Source: Lophium mytilinum
Lineage: Eukaryota
Assembly (NCBI GenBank): GCA_010093605.1
Contig: MU004199.1
Location: forward strand, 558,001 to 622,000
DNA length: 64,000 bases
Reading direction: 5' to 3'
The notes beneath the pieces were generated by a model, which was not told the DNA's origin, searched no databases, and saw only the letters and a list, made by a program, of their open reading frames with translations. Within the stretch, counting starts at the first letter, position 1. Each line of letters starts with the position of its first letter. The position numbers were made by a program, and so were the translations under genes. Shown here piece by piece: positions 51,104 through 64,000 of this stretch.

Positions 51104-54100
51104 TCGGAGTGCGCTGTACTACTAGTTGTACATACATAAATTCCAGCGTGAGCAATATCAAAATTCAGTGCGCAGCGTGCAAGCATCGGGCATGACTTTG
51201 GGCGCTTTACTTCGCCAGTGCAGTATGCCTATGAAAAACCACGTTTAGAGATTTTGAACTCCATTACATTGGCGACAGCCCTTTGAAGCACTGTGCGGTG
51301 TCAGAACGGTACCACAAATTAATACCCTAGTATAGTGTCTCGTCGTGATCCCAGATCCCCTGTTCTGCCACTACTTGTGGTGCTCTAGCATGTCCAAAGA
51401 AATTCGGAGCGGCCACAAACACAGCCATGTCTGTAGTTCCATTAGCCACTGCCTGAGGTGGCCCGAAAAGCTTACTGATTGGTCCAATTAACAAGATATA
51501 GAACCTGAGAATTGCATTGAGGAGCTTCCAACAGCGGTAGACAACTGTACACGAATCTGTGACCAGATGTTGTACTGTAAGTAGTTGAACACCTCTCATG
51601 GACTTGATTTAGGAATGGCACACGACTTTTTCCAACACAGCTCTCGGACCCCGCCCTTATTTGCCTAGAGTGGCAAAAACGTTTCTCCAAACCTTTGCCA
51701 TCTACTCTTCCAGATGAGATGCAAACAAATCCAGTGTTCTTTCAATACTAGGGTTTGTCGTTGTCGAGTCAGATATGAGAAGGTGTCGGAGCCTCGAGTC
51801 AACGAAATATTCAGTTCTGCTCGACTCAACACCTAGGGTTTTCTTGGTGGCCAAGGTTTGCTAAACTGGTCACTGGTGACAGAAGCAAGCTTGACAGCAA
51901 TCAATCATCTGCTAAAACAGAGACATGGCGAGGTCGCTAGGAGCTTTGGACGCTTCCTCCTTCATGTCTGGAGGGCTTTTCATCATGTTCAGATTATTAA
52001 TACTGTGATAGAGTACGCCACATAGCGGCAGGCCAGTGTGCTCAGACTTGTCTACAGGTGCTCACGCGAGGCATGAAAAAAGGTGGCAATCTAAAACTAG
52101 AACAACCTGCCGTAAAGTAAGTGTGCACGTGTATGCCACTGCTTGGGGTGCTGCAATGCGTCTTTCAAAGTATGATCGTGACAAAAGCTCTTCACTTTAG
52201 GCTGTTTAAGAAATTCTTAAAGCGCTCCAAGCATTGCCAGCCATGGGGTACATGAAAGGTCTTGTTGATGTGCCACTTTTTCCCGGCCAGCGTAACCGTC
52301 TAGAGCAGCGTTCGCCGAGGCCTACATTTAGCCTCGTGTTCCCTAAAACTCGAACGCGTCGTAAGCATCACTAAACTCAACGAAAACGAAGGAAGATTAG
52401 TTAAGAATTCTCGATTTAGAAGCTTTGGCATTTCGATTTGGCGATCCGTCGGTTCTACTCATCAAAAAAAACCCAGGCGTCTGATGAGTTTTGGGTGCAG
52501 ACTGCTCTTGACCCAAGCATGCAAGTCGCCTAGAACTGTAGGAATAGGCCATGTTCCAAGAACAGGACACCGAACGCGTTATAATTCCAACAAACTCAAT
52601 AAAAGTGACGCGGTTTAGGATTCGAGCGCAATGTTTCTGTTAGCATGATGCATGTCGCGCCGTCCGGAACAACGAAGGAAGGTTCACTGAGGTGTTTCCA
52701 GGATGCGTATTTGTTCTAGAAGAGACCGGCTCCAAGCAGCCACGGAACGCGCTCGTTAGGCGCTGTTTGCGCAAGGCTGGGATACGCCGTCGTGAGAGCC
52801 TCACACGAAGGATGACGACGTGCTCCAAAACAGCTAGCACGTCCCGAGATCCTGGTATCATGGCCATGGTGGTGCAGGCCGCGGGACGTCCAAGAGTGGG
52901 AGCAGTGCACAGACGTCTGTCTGTTGGTGTTGGTATCCCATTCGGCCTCGGCAGGGATGTTGTCCACGTCTCGGGGCGTTGGCGTATACGACCGGCGCAT
53001 ACGACGAGCACCTACGCTGAAACACGCGCACGCGGTCTACTATGAGTGCGACAGAGCAGGTAGGGCGAGCGGCCGGAGAGTTGGGAACGAGACTCGTGTT
53101 GGTGGTGTGTAGGTCTGGGAGGGATACCGGAAGAGGCGTTCCAGCCGTCACACCGCATACTCGCGGGAATAACGGATGTCTCTGCGAGGTGAAAACAAAG
53201 CCGCTGGAGCGATTAATAAATAAAATCGCTGTCAAGCCACGGCGCAGGCCGGCGCTGCTATTGGCATCAGACGCAGCACGACGAGACGGCGCTCGGCCAC
53301 TCATAGGCGGCGACGGTGAATGTGCCAAGATATGCTTTCGGATTGTCTGAATCGGGTGGGCTACACGCCAGCCACGTCGGAATTCCCGGCCACGAGAGGC
53401 TGCGGCATTCTGGGACAGCAGCCGGCCCGGGCGGCATCGCGGTCGACGCTGTGAAGCGATCGATCAGCCGGCCGAGGGTTGAAAGAGAAGACAGATGGGC
53501 GGCGCCAGGATCGCAAGCAGCACTCCGGGCGTGAAGCGAAGATGCAGGCAGGGAGCGAGGCGAGGCTGGCAGGCGCTCCCACGGTTGAGACTCGGGGGCT
53601 CTTTCCTTGCCGGTCGAGCCGAAGACCTGCATGGGATCGCTCAGCGTGCTAGGCTGCTTCACGGCTAGCACCACGGCTACGCCAGTTAGAGGGCTTCGAT
53701 CCCTCGGAAGTGGCTTCGGCAGAGTTGTTCGCACCCTGGCTGCTCGCTGACACCTCATCAAAAAACTCTCACCACCACGCCCAGCATCACTCGGTGGCCG
53801 CCTCAGCCGCCTGATTGGAGACTGCGCGCGCCCCTGCATCGCCTTTTCCGGCGCGATCAACCTGGCGCCAAACCGCATCGCCAGACGTGCGCGGCACCCG
53901 GCCACAGAAAAGTGCTCGGTGCTCGCGACGTCGTCACAGGACCGCTGTCGCAGATAGGCAGGCAGCGCGTTCCCGGTCAGCGTGACGGTCGAAGAGGGCA
54001 TTAGGGCAGAGAATCTCTTGCCCGTCACGTGCCTGGCAATCGCCGTGGGCAGTCCGCGTAGCCTCGACGTCTCGTCTCTGCTATTCCCGACCCATTATTG

Positions 54101-55007
54101 CTGTCGTCGCTGCACCAGTCAAGCCGTACCTTGGACGTCGCAGCATCTCGCCCATCGGACGAAAGCCCGCCCCCTCTTGATCATTGCACGCACACAAGCC
54201 TCCTCCCAAGTTCCTCACCTTCCTCCTCCCGCAGCCTTACCCACATCGGCTGCCGTCCGGTCAGCCATCAGCCTGCCTGCGAAGTTGCGCTGCAAACCGA
54301 GTCTACTCGGGGTACCAGTGGTGTGCTCAGGCCGCGTTGTCTTGCCCGCAATCGGCGCTCGTTGCCCTCCAGCCGGTTGAAATTTTCCTCTCGATCGTTG
54401 TCCCACCAGCCCACCAAGTCTGCCCCCTCACCACCATTGCCTCATATCCCGCTGGCGCTGCCATCCAAGCGTGTGTCGGCCGTGTACCTGGTAGCCTCGT
54501 GCTCAACGCTCCACTCTGCGCGGCTGAGGCTGATGCGAGTAGTGGGTCCCAGGCCTCGATCTGCACCAAATCCCTTGTCCGTCCCTCGACCCGCGTCACG
54601 GCCAGCTCGAAACTCAACACCACGGGGAGCTTGAAGCTTCTATCCACCAACCCGTCCAACACCACCAGGCCCGTACCGCTGCATCGCTAGGCACCGTCCG
54701 CGATCCGCCTGCCCCGCCACCCCTCACTGCTGCCCCCGGGCCTGACGTCGCCGCCACTCGAGCCGGCCGTCGCTGACCGTGACCCACCTGTTCCGCGCCC
54801 ACCAAACTTTTTCACCAAATTCTCCGCCTCATTCACCAACCACTCTACTCCACATTTGCTAGCCTCCCGTCGTGCACATCACGACCATCTTCAGCTTCAC
54901 CCCTCGCCAGCCTCGTCCCAGCACTCTCCGGCCGGGAGTAGCGGATGGTTGCCCTCACTACTCCATCTTCTCGTTGTGCGGCTCTACCCTTTCCTTGACT
55001 ATCTAGC

Positions 55008-58000
55008 ATGGACGATCGCTTCCGTCCCAATGGCATGTCGACGCAGGGCGGACCTCAGTATCAGCCTCTGGCTCCACAGTACCACGCCCCACAAAGCCAT
55101 CTCCACACGCTGCCTCCGTTGAACGGTAACGCATCACAGTATGCTCCGTCGTACGGCCAGAACACCAACAGCAACCCCCACACGCCCATCTCTGCTCACC
55201 CGCCGTCCTCGTCGGCCGCCTCAAACCACAACTCGGCGATCCCTCCCATCGCTACGCACGCGCCGCTGAGGCCAATACAGCCGTCGCCCTCATACTCGTT
55301 GTATGGCACCTCCCAGGCTGGCCTTCTCCCCGCCTCCGTCACACAGTCGAACCCTCATCCATTGGCGCCCGCGCCGACGCCGGGTTCCCTGCAAGACCTT
55401 CGACAGGGCGGGCTTGGCCTCAACAACCAGCTGAACCAGTACTCGCACCCTCCGCTCCTCGCGAACCAAGAAGCAGAACCTGTCCATGTCGTCGGACAGC
55501 AGGGACGTCGTGGCGTGCTGCCTACCCATCCAGGTCGACCTGCACCGGCTGTCGGGAAGGCGCCCGCCAATCCAACCAAGAATGCAGAGAACAAGTTCGA
55601 GTGCCCGCATTGCAACAAGACGTATCTCCACTTGAAGCATCTTAAGCGCCACTTGCTTAGACGTAGGTCCTCGCTTTCATCACATACTCTTCCAATACGT
55701 CTTTTCATGTCCGCTCTGTACTCACAAACTCACACCTTCTCCACCTTATACGTACTGCGATCACGCAGCTTGCTCTCACTCCCTATCACAGTCCTTCAAT
55801 CCTGCTCAAACCCAACTCCTCCCTCATTGATAGCTACTAACTGTGTCAGATACGGGGGAGCGTCCTTACCAATGCCATCTCTGCAAAGATACGTTTTCGC
55901 GCAGTGACATTCTGAAACGCCACTTCCAAAAGTGCTCAATCCGCCGCGGTAACCCAACTGGTCAGAATCATCTTGCGAACTCGCAGTCTCACCTTCGTAA
56001 GAACAGGCTATCAGCGTCTGGGCAGGATGCGCAGAGCTTCCTTAACTCGGTCAATACGTCGATGCCATACAGCGATGGTACATACGGTAACGCTCTTACC
56101 GGACTGCCTTCCATGCCCTCAGAGCAGTCTTACTCGGACAATCTCGCATCGATGTCTGCGCGAACGTCAAGATCAAACAGCCTGATCCGCCCGGGAACCG
56201 GCGTCGAGGACAATCGCAGAAGCCTCTCGGGTATCGACTTTCAGAACGGACGGGTTGGTTATGACGGTAGTACTGACTACAGGACGTCGAACTTATCAGG
56301 CAATCTTGCCAACTTGCATGCTTACAACACCCAGCCAGGCCAGTCCGCGGGACAGATGCCAAATAATCCCAACGCCTTTAATTACGCGCCCGCCTCGAGC
56401 GCTGACATGGCGCAGAACATGATCGCCAAAACTGAGTCACCAAACTCAATGTATGGCGGTCGTCCAAGCCTCCCAAACATTGACGGGTTAGCCAATGGGC
56501 AAGAGCATGACGCGAAATGGGGAAATCAATTCCATCAGGAGGCGCAAGACGGCGGGTTTATGCTTTCTTCCAGTATGGCGAGTGGTCCAAATCCCGCCAA
56601 CGCCGATACCAATCTGACTGTAAACCAATTTCAGGCCTCCGGTGAACCTGCACACGATGCCATGTTCAACGGCCTTTACTCCAACAACTCTGGGTTCGTC
56701 GACACTACTCCCATCTTTGATAATTGGGTAATCGGCCCGTCTGATCCGCTACAGGGTAAAGCGGACGCTTTAATAGCATTCTGCTATCCGGATCCCTCCC
56801 AAGTCGCACCCGGCTCGACCGATCCTCAAGAGAGCTTGAAGGCGATTCTTACAGTCGACAATCTTCGCCACTTCCTCGACCAATTTCGCAACTACCAAAG
56901 TCATTGGCCCGTTATTCACGTACCTTCTTTCAATCCACATACCGCCAACAACGGCCTTCTTTTGACCATGATTACTATCGGCGCAGTGTATTCGGATAAG
57001 CTGAATGTTCCGCAAGTGCGTTGGCTGATGGAGCTTGTCAAATCCTCAGTCTACCGCTCGTCGCACATTCACGCGCTTCTTAACACAAGTCCTTCAGTGA
57101 ATGCCAACTTTGGTCCCATTTCCGACATTGAAGAGATACAATCCCTATTACTACTTCAGTCGCTGTTCACGTGGCACGGGGATAGTCAGCAACGAATGCA
57201 AGCCAGAGAAGAGTACGACAATCTTGTCGGCATTGTACGGCGTATGAACTTGCTGAACCCCATACTGAGAGACCAACCTGGTTACAGCATCCTTCATCAA
57301 CCCGGGGGACTCGATGTTCGTGAACTCAATGCATGGAGCTGGAACACTTGGGTGGAGCAAGAAAAGAGGTCCAGAGCACTGTATCTCATCTTCTTATTAG
57401 ATGCTGCTCTCGTCGTATTTTTCAATTGCGCGCCAAAGTTTGATGTTTATGAAATCCGCGTGCCACTACCAGCGGACGACGCTGCCTGGGATGCAAGAAC
57501 TGCCGAAGAATGTGCCAATGCCCTCGGAATCCGTGGAGCGGATAAACAGGCCAGGAACACCACCGGCAGCAGACGTCCCAAGCAGATTGCCATGCGGGAC
57601 GCTTTGAAACTCCTGCAACAACACGGCGCCGATTTCAAGCCACGAAGCACAAATGTCTATTCCAAGTTTGTCCTCATACATGCTCTGCACGTCCAGCTTG
57701 CCCAATTCAAGCGGCAAAGCTTCCAGGCGCCAACGACATCTACTTACGGCGGATACACTTCGAGTGGCGCCAGCACTCCATTATCCCATAATGATTGGGT
57801 ATCCACGGACGGCTCCAAGGGCACTTTGAGTGGCCACAACAGTGGCCACGTCACACCCGTCGACGGCGTTATGGGTCAGTTTCCACTGCCCAACCCCAAT
57901 CACATGCTCAAAGTCGTCATGAACTCCATGGAAAAATGGAAAAGAGCCTGGGACATGGACATGGAGCTGCAATATCCGCCCTCGACGCGTCGCATCGGCT

Positions 58001-58269
58001 TCTGTCGCGACGGCGTGCATTTCTTTTTCCTGGGCAACATGCTTTTCCGCAGCAACGATCGCAAAGATTGGTTTGGACCGCCGGACGCGCGCTTCGCCCA
58101 AGTGTTTGCCCTGCTCCGCCATGTGCGTAAATACGTTGCCAGTGAACGGCATGCGAAGGGGATGGAGATTGGCAGTGTTACGGACGTGCATGACTCTTAT
58201 GGGCTTGCAGACTTGACTCTCGATATGAAGTTGCTATTTACGCCAGTCTTGAAGGGCGAAAAGGAGTGA
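55008..58269 (+). CDS. C2H2 zinc-finger transcription factor with fungal-specific TF domain (probably RfeC-like)
   Basis: CPHCNKTYLHLKHLKRHLLR|HTGERPYQCHLCKDTFSRSDILKRHFQKC across intron 55663-55849. The C-terminal domain has HWPVIHVPSF and WNTWVEQE. The RfeC resemblance is from recollection only. Confidence 0.88.
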
Positions 58270-59379
58270 GTGGGATTGCACATTATACGTTTAATGCTGG
58301 CTACAGTCTGGCGAAATAAGGTTTGGAATACGTTTCGACACGACTACGACTCGTCTTTGACGAAATACTCTTGAGGATCAGCGAGAGTTGGACTACGACT
58401 ATGGGACAGGGATATCCGGATCAGAGGGATGGGGGAATGGGAACGACACACGAGTCGGTGAGAAGCTCGTGCGTTAAGCATCATAAGGCGTCGGTGTGCT
58501 TGTTTACCAAATGCATTTGAGAAACGGTTGGGTGGGATTAGATGGTTTTCCTTTTCTGTGTCTCCTACCTTCAGGTCTCCATGTTTCGTTTCCTCGCAAC
58601 GAGGAATCGACGGTCTCGGGAAGCCAAGGGCGGAGCATTACGACGAATCAAACAACAACCTGACGATCTGGAGGATCTTTTCTTCTTCTTCATTCTTCTT
58701 GTCAATGCTTTTTTCCGTTACTTGTTTGTGCTTGTCTTTCTATTCCGAGGGAGAGAAAATGGTGTTTCTTTCTATTCTGCATGGTGGTACTTTGTCCTTC
58801 AATTCGCGGAGTGGACTGTTGGGTTCGCCAGTGGCGTAGCACCCCACATGCGCAACTTTCAACACCACTTAAAAGCATTAGATTAGATTGGTCTTGGGCG
58901 CATCGGGCAGGGCGTACTTGATCTTGGGCTTTACCGAGACCCTGTCGCATGACAGATAGAGTTAGAGGTGCTCCAACTTGTGTACTGGGGAGGATACTTA
59001 AGCGAGGCAGGACACCTCGAGGACGTCTGGATTGGAGAAGTTGCGATATGGCTGGTGCGGACCGGCCCGGTCGTTATTGCAAAGGGAGCAAAATGCGGTG
59101 GTGTATATACGGGTAGCTGGTATCTGGTAGCTCGTCCGCAAACGCAAATAGGCAATGCCAACCCGGTATCTTCTGTTGCGAACCTCGTCTGGGATGTGTG
59201 AATGCTTACGATGAAGCTCACCAGCACCAGACATGTCCGGTTTAACATCGAAGGTAACTAAGACTCTTCTAACTCATGTCTAGTTAATGTCATAAGACGA
59301 TATATACCGCCGCACTCTACGCGCTAGCTCAGACGGACCCTTCTGAAGGAGGTGGGGAACTCCTCTGTCCGCCCAGGTA

Positions 59380-61463
59380 CAGTAAACCCTGGGTATAGTA
59401 ATACGCTCGGTTGCAAGGGGTCATATTACTATACCCAGGGTATTACTATATTTAAGTTTATTAGTAATCTACCTAGTAAATTATAATTAGTTAATAATAT
59501 CTTATATTCTTATATATAAAGCTAAACTATAAGTATTTTAAGCCCCTTAAGACTACTAGAAATAGTTAGAAATTAAGATTTATATAGAAAATTATATTCT
59601 CCTCCCCCTAAGGTATTACTTATAATAATAGAGAGAGGAAATTAACGCTAATTTACTATTCTTCTACTACTTCTTATATAGCCTAAGCGTTACTAGTATA
59701 TTAATAGCTACTTAAAGCTTTATAGTTAGATTCTCTACTAGCGCCTTAGTATCTAACTCTTTATCTTTTAGCCTAGAATATAGGCTAGCTATAAAGGTAA
59801 TAATATTTTCTAGGATTTTCTAGATCTTCTTACTATCTAGGTAAATAAAATTTAATATTTCTATATACTACTAGATTCTTTCTACTATTTCTAAGGTATC
59901 TAGCGCCTTCTATATATTATCTAATAGTAGGGGTTCTATATAGTTCTTTAGATAGTATATAGAGCCCTTTCTACTACTAAAAATAGTAGATTTAATATAG
60001 TAATTTAATATAGTAGTAGCCTCTATCTAATTCTACGCGCTAATAGCCTATTAAATAGCCTATAATACATGGATTTCCTTTAAAGAATTCTATTTCTCTA
60101 TAGTTTAATCTACTATAAAGTGCAGCTAGAAACGCTAATAATAGGCCTTAAAATTGCGAATAATACCCTAATCTATAGGCTAATAGATAGATATATAATT
60201 AGAAGGAAAAAATACTACCTTAGTATTCTTTAATATATTATTATTATTTACTATTTCTATAGCGCTCTTATATAAGCTAAAGCTATCTAAAAGAAGTAGT
60301 ACCTTTCTCCCCTCTATTCTCTTATTAAACTATACTAGATATTCTAGTATAATACTTCTAGTTATCTAGCTCTTTTTATTATACTTTTAAATAAACTCTA
60401 TCCCTCTTATATTTACTTCTTTATAGCTAAAATACTATAGATTCTTAGCTAATTTAATAATTTAAAGGGGGAGCTTATTACTACTACTACTATTTAAGTA
60501 ATTAATAATAGTAATATATACTTTCTATTTCTTTAAACTAGGTAGTTACTTAATAGCTAAGGTAATATTAAGTATAGCCTTTTAAAAGAGACTATATTTA
60601 TCTATATTATATATATTATCTAGATAATAGAGCTCTATCTTATTATATATAAGCTATATCTCTTTATTAGTATACTTAATTTAAATAGATCTAGCTTCTC
60701 TATACTACTTTCTCTTTTATATACTATTTCTTATCTTCTAGCTATCTAGCTAGCTATTAGAAAAGCATAGTATAGGCTTATAATTTAATACTAGAATAGA
60801 CTTCTATAGACGCTAAGCAGCCTCTTAAAGAAGCTCTCTAGTAATTAGAATTTATATAGTCTATATAGCTTAATACTATTTAAATAGAGCCTTATCTAAA
60901 AGAGAGTTCTTTCTAGCTTTTTTTCTCTCTCTTCTAGTATACCTATTATATAGTCTTATTCTATCTAGATACTTATATTTTTAGCTAAGGCTATAGAAGA
61001 TTAATAGCTATTTAATAGTATAGTAGAATTTATTAGAAGCCTATTAAGAAAGAGCCTTTTAGTATAATTCTAGGTAGGTAGTAGTATAGTTATAAATTAC
61101 TTTATAATTAAGGTCTAAGATACTATAGTAATATTATCTATCTAGATTCTTAGCCTTAGGTATTATAGAATTAAGATTTAAATATAAAAATAATAGAAAT
61201 TAATAGCTTTTTAATAGAGATATAATGTTATTTAAATAGAGAATATAAAAATATATATACCCGGCGCGGAAAAACCGCCCCTAAAGGGCCTTAAAATAGT
61301 AGTAAGCCTTCTTAGTTAAAGTAATATTAGTAAGCGGGGCCTTATAATATTTTAGTAAATAGGTTATTACTAGGCCCTATATAAATTTATATAGTAAGCC
61401 GAAAGATATTACTATATAGAGGATATTACTATAACCCTATATTACTATAACTAGGGTTTACTG
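59380..61463 (-). mobile_element. pogo/Tigger-type (Tc1/mariner superfamily) DNA transposon, RIP-inactivated, 2084 bp
   Basis: TIRs CAGTAAACCCTGGGTATAGTAATA and CAGTAAACCCTAGTTATAGTAATA, with a TA duplication. De-RIPed minus strand gives FSNGWL (~60750), KVLLLLDSF (~60290) and QPMDQGIIRNFKAY (~60160). Confidence 0.9.
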
Positions 61464-62244
61464 TACCTAGGTACCGTCCAGCCGCCGGATGACTAAGTCG
61501 ATTGTTCGACCAACCACTGCAACCCGACACTCAATCTAGCGTCTCCACACTCCAACATCTCCATTGCCGCGCGCTCTAAATAGAAGAGAGTTCTTCGCCG
61601 CAATACCCTTCATCGATGAGGCAGAATTCTCCTCAGTATCCACCATCAGCGGCGCAGGAGATCAAGCGATTGTCCCAAATCTCTGGAGGCTGAAACCAGG
61701 GACCAAGAGGCACAGCGTCTACCCACCTACGCGGAGAAACGGCGAACCAATGACAACATTAACATCCTACAAGTTGCATCAGAATCATGTTTACCGTGCC
61801 CCATTGAAAGGCGACATGGTTTCGAAACAACTCTATTGACGCCTCAATGCCGGCGAGGTAGCGTAAGGTTGATCGAAGGAGTGCATGAAGGCGTCTAATG
61901 CAAACACTGAGCAATCCGTGCCCCTCTCACGTGTCTTTTAATATAGTTCTTCTTGCCGCTTAGTTCGTATTAACATGCCTTATAAGGTCTTACCCCCGGA
62001 TTTTAGGGCGTATCGATAACATCTCCTCATTCATCTCTCATTTTCATTCTCTGCGACCTGGTGTTTCAATCACTCGACGAACACCCTCTTCATTCCTTTG
62101 GGGCTGTTCGTACGAGCATCTTTGTCGGTCTTTATATCAGCTGTGCTGTTGCATATAACGCTCCTTGCACCCAAAAGCCCTTAGTGATTCGATATCACTT
62201 CTGAAGAACTTTCCAAGCCTAAATTACGCATCCGGTCACCTATA

Positions 62245-63210
62245 ATGAGGGTTCAAGTCCTCAGCGTTGTCTTTGCCGCTTTGGCATCAGCTTCCCCTAT
62301 CGCGCCCCGTGATCCTGGTGTTTACACCGATGTCGTGTGGTTCACTGTGGTGAGACAGCACTTCTCTTTCCCGCAGCTAGTATCAACTCACTGACACCCA
62401 TTCTCTACACAGGAAAAAATCGTTACCGTCACCGCCGGCCAGCCCGTCCCAACGGTCGCCAATTCTCCCAGCTACAACCAACCCTCATTCAACCAAGTGA
62501 TCCACCACCCCAAAGCATCCCACCAGTCATCAAAGACCGTATCGACATCCACCACCCACGAGCCCGTCTACTCCGCCCCCGCAGCATCCGCACCCGCCTC
62601 TTCCGCCGCCGCCGCCCCACCCGCCTCCTCCCCATCCCCATCCTCCAACTCCCCCTGCAACTCCAACCCCACCACCTACCAAGCCAAAGTCCTCGACTCC
62701 CACAACTGCCACCGCGCCAACCACTCCGCGCCCGCCGTCTCCTGGGACGCCGCCCTCGCCGCCACCGCCCAAAAGATTGCCGAAACCTGCGTCTACGCAC
62801 ACAGCATGGACGTCGACGGCGGCGGCTACGGGCAGAACATCGCCGCGGGCACCGAAGCCGCGCGCGTCGACTGGGTCATCACGGAAGGCTTCTACAACGG
62901 CGAGGTCAACGCGTACCCAGCCGCGGGCTACGGCGTCGCGAACCCGGATATGAGTAATTTCGAGAAGTGGGGGCATTATAGCCAGGTGGTGTGGAAGGAT
63001 ACGACGCATGCGGCTTGCTATACGAAGGATTGTAGTGGGAGTGGGAAGGGGCCGAAGGGGTTGGAGGGGGTTACGGGGGATTGTGCGCCGGTTTTTACGG
63101 TGTGTAATTATAAAGGCCCGGGAAATTTTGGGGGGGAGTATGGGAGGAATGTGGGGAGGCCGGAGGGGAGGCCGACGGTGCATGGGGTGGGGTGGAAGCC
63201 GGGGAATTGA
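62245..63210 (+). CDS. Secreted CAP/PR-1/SCP-family protein
   Basis: Signal peptide, intron 62350-62412, S/P/A linker, then LDSHNCHRANH, YGQNIA, GHYSQVVWK and VCNYKGPGN. Confidence 0.93.
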
Positions 63211-63742
63211 GGGGTTTGTTGGGGTGGACTCGTGGCCAAGAAGCCGTAGACTGAGGGGTGCTCCCGTTGGACTTTGGTCGCCCTTGGTCTATAGAGACGT
63301 CATGTGAGCTGTCGCGTGGATTGACGCCTACTTTGAGGTTTAAGACGGATGTTTTGAGGTCGATGTTGGAGGTGTGAGCTGTTCGTAACTAGTGTCTTCT
63401 ATTCTAACTTCTTTCGAGAAATCGAGGTGACAACACTCAAACCAATTCATTACATTCACAGTAGCGCCGGGGACCAGTTATCAACACAAAGTCTACGCGA
63501 ATTTACTTTGATGGGCGATAGGTTCTTTGTGAAGGTAGATATGGGGGTTCCGTTATGCTTAAGCAAAGTAAGCCTCCTTATGCCTTAGATCCGCCTTTCT
63601 ACCCCCCTCTTGGTTCATGTTAAGGAGATGGCATAGAGGCTGCTCATATCTGTTGCAAGTTCGAGCGGAAGCTTCTACTTTTATGCCGAGAATGTAGACG
63701 AAAACCTATATGAATAGGATTTTACAACCCCTAATACTTTTA

Positions 63743-63860
63743 TATTACTCCCATTACTCCCATTACTCCCATTACTCCCATTACTCCTACTACTCCTCTT
63801 ACTCCTATACTCCTATTACTCCTATTACTCCCATTACTCCCAATACTCCTATTACCACCC
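63743..63860. repeat. 9-bp minisatellite (ATTACTCCC/ATTACTCCT)n
   Basis: About 12 tandem degenerate copies. Confidence 0.9.
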
Positions 63861-64000
63861 CAGCCTCCCGCCTACTATCTCTTACCTTAGTGGAATTAGC
63901 TTGCTTTTACAGGGAATTGTCTAAGTGCTTAAAACCTACCTCACGAAACGCTAATTAGGAAGCTTTTTTTGGAACTAAGACATGTCGTCCTATTCGCTCT

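Noticed and set aside
52640..54805. Numerous 100-250 aa ORFs upstream of the C2H2 TF
   Set aside because: R/P/S/A-rich, mutually overlapping and without recognisable motifs; expected in GC-rich non-coding DNA.

Overview
Gene-dense filamentous ascomycete DNA with short GT-AG introns, CTRAC branch sites and RIP-mutated repeats. About 20 genes can be supported: a Upc2-like Zn2Cys6 TF, an RTA1-like protein, a secreted zinc deaminase, PNS1, mannitol-1-P dehydrogenase, a BTB protein, a prolidase, L-galactonate/L-fuconate dehydratase, a purine permease, OLE1, ACBP, ATP23, PRO1, MSP1, TIM21, an EPS1-like PDI, the NDUFA5 subunit, a C2H2/fungal TF and a CAP/PR-1 protein. Three mobile elements are present: a 382-bp MITE, an 8.56-kb RIP-degraded Ty1/copia element (130-bp LTRs, ATTCG target duplication) that splits a coiled-coil gene, and a 2.08-kb RIP-degraded pogo/Tigger-type transposon. 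The most novel feature is a head-to-head pair of highly diverged paralogous unknown genes (14938-17706). They share a five-repeat N-terminal domain and two introns of matching position and phase, but have unrelated C-termini, which suggests a two-component module. Gene models were derived by eye and no database searches were run.
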